A stretch of 35,463 nucleotides of DNA. Origin: Chlamydiota bacterium. Its GTDB lineage: Bacteria > Chlamydiota > Chlamydiia > Chlamydiales > SM23-39. Numbering within the stretch: the stretch's first letter is position 1; each line of letters starts with the position of its first letter. The stretch is taken from contig JASFVE010000008.1 of NCBI GenBank assembly GCA_050049995.1, positions 1 through 35,463 of the forward strand. The letters run 5' to 3'. The notes under the pieces were generated by a model. It saw nothing but the letters and a program-made list of their open reading frames with translations. It was not told the DNA's origin and made no database searches. A program made the position numbers and the translations under genes. This document shows, one piece after another, positions 29,053 through 35,463 of this stretch.

Positions 29053-29080
29053 TTACCCTTACAATGACACGGAGGTTACT

Positions 29081-29545
29081 GTGAATTTTTTACAACTTGC
29101 AGGGCATTTAGGTGCTGATCCTGAAGTGCGTTATACTTCTTCAGGAAAAAAAGTAACATCTCTTAGATTAGCCACTAAACATAGAAGAGGGGGTAATGAA
29201 GAAACCATTTGGTGGAGAGTTACTGTATGGGGTGAACAATTTGATAAAATGATGCCCTATCTAAAAAAAGGAAGTCCTATTATTGCTATGGGTGAGATCA
29301 ATAAGCCGGAGATATACACTGATAAGAACGGTCAACCGCAGGTTGCTATGGGGCTTACAGCAAGCAATCTTTTATTCAGTCCTTTTGGGAAAAGCGATAA
29401 AAATGCAGAAGCTCAACCAATGAAACAGCCAAGTCCAGCAGCCGCATCAAGGTCTTCTGAAAATGATTTAGAAGCAGCCTTTAATACTGCAAATACAGCT
29501 CAACCAAATATGGGTGATTTTACAGATGACGAAGTGCCATTTTAA
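29081..29545 (+). CDS. ssb: Single-stranded DNA-binding protein
   Basis: GHLGADPEVRYT OB-fold start, WWRVTVWG, acidic tail DDEVPF; GTG start with GGAGG RBS. Confidence 0.97.
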   Translation: MNFLQLAGHLGADPEVRYTSSGKKVTSLRLATKHRRGGNEETIWWRVTVWGEQFDKMMPYLKKGSPIIAMGEINKPEIYTDKNGQPQVAMGLTASNLLFSPFGKSDKNAEAQPMKQPSPAAASRSSENDLEAAFNTANTAQPNMGDFTDDEVPF

Positions 29546-31037
29546 TTTTCAAAATGCTGCAAGTTTTGCAGCTAGAGATAAAGCAGATGGGCTAATCTTG
29601 CCTTTTTGGAAGAAAGACAAGTCAGCTGTTCCCGCTTTTAAAAAACTTGGAGAAATACCTCAAGTAGACACTGCTATCAAAGTAGGTGATTTTGATGGCC
29701 ATAAGGGCGAAATTTTCTTTATTTATCCAGAGAAAGAAAAAGAACGAAGAATTATTTTGCTAGGTCTTGGCAAAAAAGAAAGTTGCACGACTTTCTTGTT
29801 AAGAGAAGCTTTTCATTCTCTTATGAAAGAATGCCATACTAAAAAAATACAAAGCCTTAATCTTGTGTTACCTGAAATTGCTATAAAAGATGAAAAACTT
29901 GTTAAAGCTATTTCAGAAACTTTAGTACTTAGCAACTACCAATTTACTGAGCTTAAACATGATGGCTTAAAAAAGCATCCTGTTAATTTTTTGGAATCAG
30001 CCCAATTTATAGGAATATCAGATAAGCTACTTAAAATTGCCAACCAGGCAATAGAAGTGGCTAAAGGGGTATATCTTACCCGTGATCTTGTAAATCGAAA
30101 TGCTGATGACGTTACTCCAGAAAAATTAGCTGACACAGCTAAAGCCTTAGAAAAAGTATCTTCTAAAATTAAAGTCACAGTTTTTGATAAAAAAAGAATT
30201 GAAAAAGAAGAAATGGGATTGTTGCTAGCTGTTAATCGAGGTTCAAATTTAGAACCCAGATTTATCATTGCAACTTACAATGGAGATCCTAAGTCAAAAG
30301 ATCACTTTGCCCTTGTTGGTAAGGGGATTACCTATGACACAGGGGGACTAAGCCTTAAGCCTACCAATTTTATGTTAGATATGAAATCAGACATGGCAGG
30401 GTCGGCAACCGTTTTAGGAACTTTGTATGCGGCGGCTAGTTTGAATTTAAAAGTCAATCTTACAGCCGTTATTGCTAGCTCCGAGAATTCCATTGGATCA
30501 AAAAGTTATAAAATTGGTGATGTTTACCAAGGTTATAGCGGCAAAACAGTTGAGATTACAAATACAGATGCAGAAGGCAGGTTAGCTCTAGCCGATGCTC
30601 TTTCCTATACTGTAAAAAAATTAAAGCCTACAGCAATGATCAACCTAGCTACTTTAACAGGAGCTGTTGTAGTAGCCTTAGGAGATGAGATTTGTGGCTA
30701 TTTTGCTAACAATGACAAGTTAGCTGAGCAGATAGAAAAAAGTGCAAAGGACACGGATGAGCTTATTTGGAGATTGCCGCTGCAGCAAAGTTATTTGAAA
30801 ATGTTGGACTCTAAAGTAGCTGACATTAAAAATTCTGCAGGCAGAGAGGCTGGATCTATTCAAGCTGCGCTATTTTTAGAGCAATTTGTTGAAAAAGTAC
30901 CATGGGCACATATGGATATAGCGGGCACTGCTTATTGGGAAAAATCTAAAAGCTACCACCCTTACTTTTCTACTGGGTACGGAGTTCGCATGCTTCTCGA
31001 CCTTTTGGAAAACTTTCATAATCTTAAAAAGTTATGA
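29526..31037 (+). CDS. pepA: Leucyl aminopeptidase (M17)
   Basis: VGKGITYDTGG, MKSDMAG, NTDAEGRL metal-binding motifs; start uncertain (ATG 29526 preferred over GTG 29514). Confidence 0.96.
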   Translation: MTKCHFNFQNAASFAARDKADGLILPFWKKDKSAVPAFKKLGEIPQVDTAIKVGDFDGHKGEIFFIYPEKEKERRIILLGLGKKESCTTFLLREAFHSLMKECHTKKIQSLNLVLPEIAIKDEKLVKAISETLVLSNYQFTELKHDGLKKHPVNFLESAQFIGISDKLLKIANQAIEVAKGVYLTRDLVNRNADDVTPEKLADTAKALEKVSSKIKVTVFDKKRIEKEEMGLLLAVNRGSNLEPRFIIATYNGDPKSKDHFALVGKGITYDTGGLSLKPTNFMLDMKSDMAGSATVLGTLYAAASLNLKVNLTAVIASSENSIGSKSYKIGDVYQGYSGKTVEITNTDAEGRLALADALSYTVKKLKPTAMINLATLTGAVVVALGDEICGYFANNDKLAEQIEKSAKDTDELIWRLPLQQSYLKMLDSKVADIKNSAGREAGSIQAALFLEQFVEKVPWAHMDIAGTAYWEKSKSYHPYFSTGYGVRMLLDLLENFHNLKKL

Positions 31038-31852
31038 TAAAAGAAGTTTTAGACAATAAAGTAAGCCTTCTTCAATTCCTGAAGAAGGCCTATCCACTAT
31101 CTCTTTCGAATAAAACAATTAAACAAGCTCTAGAAAAGGGTTGTTGTACAGTTAATGGTAAAATTGAACGCTTTGCTTCGATTAAACTTTTTGCGCAAGA
31201 TGTAGTTTCTTTTAAGTACAACCCTTCTGTAAATAAAAAAGCAAAAAAGCCTACAGTCCTTTTTGAAGATGAATACTTTTATGTCATTGACAAGCCAGTT
31301 GATTTACTCAGTTCTCAAAAAAGTATGCAAGATTTTTTCCCAGGCAGCTATTTAGTACATAGATTAGACAAACCCACAACAGGTTGTATGATAATTGCTA
31401 AAAGCTTAACTGTTCAAAAGAAATTTATTGATTTATTTAAAAATAAAAAAATTAAAAAAACATATTATGCATGTGTAGATAAGAAAGTTAAAGGCGATAA
31501 AGGAGTTATTAAATCTTACTTATATAGAAAGGGCTATTTTCAAGGACAAACTATTTGGGCATCTAACCCACAAGGTAAGGGTTTATATGCTGAAACTCAC
31601 TGGGAAAAAATAGCTGTAAAAGAAGACTACTCTATAATCAAGTGCACCCCTATAACAGGAAGAACTCACCAGTTGAGGGTCCACATGAAAGAAATGGGAC
31701 ATCCCATATTAAAGGATGCTCAATATTGTAGATCGTTTTTTTCTAAGCTAAGCACAAATAGATTGCTTTTACACGCCGCAGAGATTTCTTTTGAGCATCC
31801 CTTTACAAATAGTATGCTAACAGTTTCTTCGACTCCAACTTTTACTCAATAA
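31034..31852 (+). CDS. RluA/RluC/RluD family pseudouridine synthase
   Basis: N-terminal S4-like region, VIDKP, VHRLDKPTTG catalytic Asp, TGRTHQLRVH, LLLHA. Confidence 0.94.
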   Translation: MIKEVLDNKVSLLQFLKKAYPLSLSNKTIKQALEKGCCTVNGKIERFASIKLFAQDVVSFKYNPSVNKKAKKPTVLFEDEYFYVIDKPVDLLSSQKSMQDFFPGSYLVHRLDKPTTGCMIIAKSLTVQKKFIDLFKNKKIKKTYYACVDKKVKGDKGVIKSYLYRKGYFQGQTIWASNPQGKGLYAETHWEKIAVKEDYSIIKCTPITGRTHQLRVHMKEMGHPILKDAQYCRSFFSKLSTNRLLLHAAEISFEHPFTNSMLTVSSTPTFTQ

Positions 31853-31862
31853 GCTTAAATAC

Positions 31863-32879
31863 GTGAAAAAAATTGTCATTGTAAAAACTTCTTCTTTAGG
31901 AGATGTAGTTCAAAGCTTTCCTGTAATACCTTATTTAAAAAATATTTTCCCCAACTCTAGTATATCATGGGTGGTAACTTCACGATTATCCTCTATTATT
32001 AACTCCCATCCACTTATAGATCATACAATAGAACTTTCTTACCAGGGGTTAAAATCTCTGCGAAAAAAGAAGTTTGACTATCTTTTTGACCTACAAGGAA
32101 ATACAAAGTCCGCTCTAGTGACTTTACTTGCAAAAGCAAGCGTTAAAGTAGGATATGGCAAAAGGTCTGTTCGCGAATGGCCAAACTTACTTGTAACAGA
32201 TGTCAAGATAGATATTTCTAAAAAGCAAAACATTTCAAACTTTTATGTAAGCTTAGTCCGTGAGTTTTTTAAGAGGTCATCTTCTTATGTAACAGATTCT
32301 AAAGTACTTCTACCAATTTCTAAAAAACAAAAAGAAGAAATTCATTCACTTGTGAAAAATGGATCACCATTAAATGTTATGGTCTGCCCACATTCTAAGT
32401 GGAAAAACAAAAAGCTGTCTTTTCAGACTTTATCTGAATTCTTAAGTAGACTATCAGAAAAATATCAACCTACTTTTTTTCTCATGTCTGGAAGCTCTCA
32501 AGAGGCCTTAGAAAATAAAAAACTAGGATCAGAACTTAAGAGTCCTGTGAAGTATTTAGATAAGCTACCTATAGAAGTATGGCATAATTTTATGAATGAA
32601 ATGGATTTAGTCATTGCGATGGATTCTTCAGGATTGCATTTGAGCGCAACCACAAGCTGTCCCACCTATAGTGTTTTTGGGCCAACTAAAGCCTCAGTCT
32701 TTAAACCATTTGGTGATATGCACGGTGCTTTTGAAGGTGTTTGTCCTTTTAATGCTAATTTCAATAAACAATGCCCCAAATTAAGAACTTGTAAAACAGG
32801 GGGGTGTATAAAGGATATAGATCCTTTAGCTCTTTGGCAGCATTTTGAAAATTGGATAGATCAACAAAACATTTTCTAA
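31863..32879 (+). CDS. Glycosyltransferase family 9 (LPS heptosyltransferase WaaC/WaaF-like)
   Basis: VKTSSLGDVV, FDLQGNTKS, DSSGLHLS, VFGPT GT9 motifs; GTG start. Confidence 0.9.
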   Translation: MKKIVIVKTSSLGDVVQSFPVIPYLKNIFPNSSISWVVTSRLSSIINSHPLIDHTIELSYQGLKSLRKKKFDYLFDLQGNTKSALVTLLAKASVKVGYGKRSVREWPNLLVTDVKIDISKKQNISNFYVSLVREFFKRSSSYVTDSKVLLPISKKQKEEIHSLVKNGSPLNVMVCPHSKWKNKKLSFQTLSEFLSRLSEKYQPTFFLMSGSSQEALENKKLGSELKSPVKYLDKLPIEVWHNFMNEMDLVIAMDSSGLHLSATTSCPTYSVFGPTKASVFKPFGDMHGAFEGVCPFNANFNKQCPKLRTCKTGGCIKDIDPLALWQHFENWIDQQNIF

Positions 32880-33000
32880 GTACCTTTATAGGTAAAATAA
32901 AAATCCTTGTGAAAAAAATAAATAAGCAATACATGTAGTAATTAAGAAAAGATATAAGCATTTCTCGTAGATGCTTGTCTTGAAATAGGGGGGAGGAAAA

Positions 33001-33141
33001 ATGAAAAAAATGGTTTACTTTATGTTAGCCACACTATTTGTGTTCGGCTTAACTTCTTGCGACGATCAAGGCAGAAAATGCAATGATCCAAAAAAATGTC
33101 CAGATAGATGTAATAAGGAACGCCACGAAAGAAGGTGGTAA
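33001..33141 (+). CDS. Small cysteine-rich lipoprotein, 46 aa (not in ORF track): MKKMVYFMLATLFVFGLTSCDDQGRKCNDPKKCPDRCNKERHERRW
   Basis: Manual translation; strong GGGGGGAGG RBS; MKK + hydrophobic core + lipobox LTS-C at Cys20; three more Cys in the mature peptide. Confidence 0.85.
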   Translation: MKKMVYFMLATLFVFGLTSCDDQGRKCNDPKKCPDRCNKERHERRW

Positions 33142-33159
33142 GCTGTAGTAATTTCTTTT

Positions 33160-33183
33160 GCGCCTTAAGTTAGCTTGAGGCGC
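33160..33183. terminator. GC-rich hairpin between the small lipoprotein gene and the convergent NUDIX gene
   Basis: GCGCCTTAAG-ttag-CTTGAGGCGC, 10-bp stem with one G-U pair; no canonical downstream U tract on either strand. Confidence 0.5.
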
Positions 33184-33628
33184 TGAGAGTTTCATTTACT
33201 CTTAGTTTATCTATAGCTTCTATAGTTTTTACTGTATCAGAATAAATGTCAGATTTTTGTTGTACTTCATGTAATGTAAGCCATTGAAAGGCTTCACTAT
33301 GCATAAAAGGGTTGCCCAAGGGTCTTGCAAGATAAATTAAATCCATATGCTGGTGAGGATTGGAGCCGTTGATGTTTTCTAGAAGACAAAGAAAAGGCCT
33401 CTCAAAACTGGCTGCATTGTCGTTGTCAATCCAAAGATTTTCCTGGGAGATAATTTCGATATTTAAGCCAGTTTCTTCTAAAACTTCTCTTTTAACAGCT
33501 TCTATAGGAGTTTCATTGGCTTCAATATGTCCACCAGGTGGCAGCCATTTCCCAATTTTTTGATGTAGATGTAATAGAAACTTATTTTCGTATAGTACGT
33601 AAGCTGTCGCTGTAAAATGCTTTTCCAT
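33170..33628 (-). CDS. NUDIX hydrolase
   Basis: Nudix box GGHIEANETPIEAVKREVLEETGL. Confidence 0.93.
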   Translation of the reverse strand: MEKHFTATAYVLYENKFLLHLHQKIGKWLPPGGHIEANETPIEAVKREVLEETGLNIEIISQENLWIDNDNAASFERPFLCLLENINGSNPHQHMDLIYLARPLGNPFMHSEAFQWLTLHEVQQKSDIYSDTVKTIEAIDKLRVNETLSASS

Positions 33629-33633
33629 AAGTT

Positions 33634-35463
33634 TTATGAGTTGAGTTCGTTAGCAATAATAAGGAAAAGATTATTGATCATTGCTTTATAATTGTCATTA
33701 TCGGAAATAAAAGAAAATGCACTTTCTATACGGTTGTTGACCCTAGGAGCAGCAAGTCCATTGGCCCATTGGTTTGAAGGGAGTAAACTGAGAACACCTT
33801 GTACTGGATTGCGTTCAAATAATCCCCAAGCAGTAAAATAAGGTAAGTTAGTTGGTAGTTCAGGTAGCTTTTGCCATAGAGGGTTTAAGAAGGGGGTAGA
33901 TAGTAAATTTTTAAAGACAGAAGTTGCTTTTTTTGCTGTTTGAGCAACTTGCACCGGGGCGGTTGCAAGTAAGCTTGCAGAAAAAGAGCCTGCATATGGG
34001 TTCAAGAAATATAAAAGGGGCAATGAAACAGCTTTATAATGCATTGAATAAATCGAATCTTCTTTTAGCAATCTTGTTGCAGTTTCAGTAGAAGCCAACA
34101 AATCAATAGCCGCCTTTACATTATGATCTAGAAGGCGTTTCTTCTGAGCTTTATTTTTATTGATCGAAGCTAGGTCCTTTTCTATTAGGGTTGTTAAATC
34201 CTTAGTAATGCTATTTTGAGCCGCAAGTTCTTGATTTTGCTTAACCTTAATTTCCTCTGTAATTGTTCTTAAAGTGGATAAAAGTTCATCTCTAGCTGCG
34301 GGTAGATTTGCTACTCTATTAGGAGAGTTAACTAGTTCAGTAAATTTATCCAAAGCTTTGCCTACCGCCTTGCTGTAGTTCTTTTGATCAAGAGATGATT
34401 GGAAGCTAAAAGATTGGATGATGTTTTTTTTCACTTTTGAGATGAAGATAAGATCTCTAGGAGAATTTTTTATATGATTACTTAAAGTTGCAATTAATGA
34501 GTTTTGAGCATTAAAGATCTTATTGTCTGCATACTGGAGAATACTGCTAAGTCTATGGTAGTTCTCAAAATGACTTAATCTTTTGAAATTAAGATCAGAC
34601 AGACTCTTATATAAATTCTCTTGTAGAATATTTTTTTTGTTTAATAAAGTAAGTTGAAATCGATCAATATTATTCAGAGTTTTTTCTAGCTCATCTAAAT
34701 TTTTGCTTACTTTTTGAGCAGCAATAAAATCATTGTAGTTTGTTTTTGCATCATTTAAATGAATAAAAATAGCATGTTGCTTATCGGCTATAGCATAAAG
34801 TTTTTGAGAAACTTCTTTAACGGCAATAGCAAAGTACTTAGAAAACATGTCTTTAAAGTTTTCAAAGTCCTCAACTAAACCATCTCTATGCTTATTTAAA
34901 TTCACCAGTGCTAGGTCTAAGCTGGAAGCATCAATAGTATTTTTAGCAACATCACTTTCTAAGTCAGCTCTAATAGAAAAAAGCTCTTCTGCGTGCCTTT
35001 CTTGATAATCTTTAAAAAATCTTGCTACTTCTCGACTTCCTTGAGTAGGTCCTTCCCCTAAGGAGGCGTTTACGCTAGTTTCAATAAAAGGAGCTATTAC
35101 TTTCTTAGTTTTAGTTAAAACCTCTCCATCTTTAGAAAACTTTGCATGGTTTTTTCCATTGTCAGGGGAGAAAAGCTCATTGAGCCATTCAAAGGTATTA
35201 TAAAAATGTGATTCTATCCGGTCTTCTTTAGTAAAAGCGGAAAATAAGAACAGTAACCCTTCTTCAATAGATCTTTCAAGTCCCTTTCTTACTTTTTCAT
35301 CAACAACCCCGTTACGTTGCTGTAAAACATTAGCTAGTTCATGTCGGTCTGTTTTTATTTTAGGGTTACTTATATCTAATGTTACTACAAGTTCTTGAAC
35401 AACTCCTTTAATCAAAGTCCTTAGGGAATTGTTAAGGTGAGTTCTTGAAATTGTTTCATTGTT
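33634..35463 (-). CDS. Large hypothetical coiled-coil-rich protein (5' end lies outside the window)
   Basis: Frame stays open upstream of the track's TTG at 35415 to the window edge (NNETISRTHLNNSLRTLIKG...); more than 600 codons without a stop. Confidence 0.8.
   Translation of the reverse strand, partial: NNETISRTHLNNSLRTLIKGVVQELVVTLDISNPKIKTDRHELANVLQQRNGVVDEKVRKGLERSIEEGLLFLFSAFTKEDRIESHFYNTFEWLNELFSPDNGKNHAKFSKDGEVLTKTKKVIAPFIETSVNASLGEGPTQGSREVARFFKDYQERHAEELFSIRADLESDVAKNTIDASSLDLALVNLNKHRDGLVEDFENFKDMFSKYFAIAVKEVSQKLYAIADKQHAIFIHLNDAKTNYNDFIAAQKVSKNLDELEKTLNNIDRFQLTLLNKKNILQENLYKSLSDLNFKRLSHFENYHRLSSILQYADNKIFNAQNSLIATLSNHIKNSPRDLIFISKVKKNIIQSFSFQSSLDQKNYSKAVGKALDKFTELVNSPNRVANLPAARDELLSTLRTITEEIKVKQNQELAAQNSITKDLTTLIEKDLASINKNKAQKKRLLDHNVKAAIDLLASTETATRLLKEDSIYSMHYKAVSLPLLYFLNPYAGSFSASLLATAPVQVAQTAKKATSVFKNLLSTPFLNPLWQKLPELPTNLPYFTAWGLFERNPVQGVLSLLPSNQWANGLAAPRVNNRIESAFSFISDNDNYKAMINNLFLIIANELNS

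Noticed and set aside
3353..33563. Numerous 60-110 aa ORFs nested in or antisense to identified genes (e.g. 3353..3580, 4750..4986, 15550..15846, 24027..24323, 29936..30268, 33360..33563)
   Set aside because: Shadow ORFs of well-supported genes with no motifs or RBS support
1..35463. CRISPR arrays, tRNA/rRNA, IS elements, integrases, defence systems
   Set aside because: No direct-repeat arrays, cloverleaf-like GC-rich segments, or transposase/integrase/nuclease-effector motifs seen; intergenic spaces are short. A covariance-model search would be needed to exclude small ncRNAs

Overview
AT-rich bacterial chromosomal window, almost certainly from an environmental member of the Chlamydiota. The gene orders ihf-hyp-accA-msbA, pdhABC, lpxD-skp-bamA-recR-fabH-fabD-fabG-acpP, trxB/acpS/membrane protein/lgt and ssb-pepA match the conserved chlamydial blocks as I recall them. 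It also carries genes I do not associate with these blocks in Chlamydiaceae (L,D-transpeptidase, corA, proC, PIN-TRAM, GT9 heptosyltransferase-like). The content is mostly housekeeping: fatty acid/lipid A synthesis, outer-membrane assembly, pyruvate dehydrogenase and translation. I saw no rRNA, tRNA, CRISPR array, IS element or prophage. The most notable accessory observations are: a protein built from two gapless ~89-aa copies of an unknown domain; two small lipoprotein genes missed by the ORF track (one cysteine-rich, OmcA-like in design); a tandem pair of small helical proteins that look like ancient paralogs; hairpins at convergent gene junctions with a stop codon in the loop; a putative beta-barrel coupled to trxB; and a GT9 with a four-cysteine tail. 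No clearly self-contained novel multi-gene system can be established from the sequence alone.
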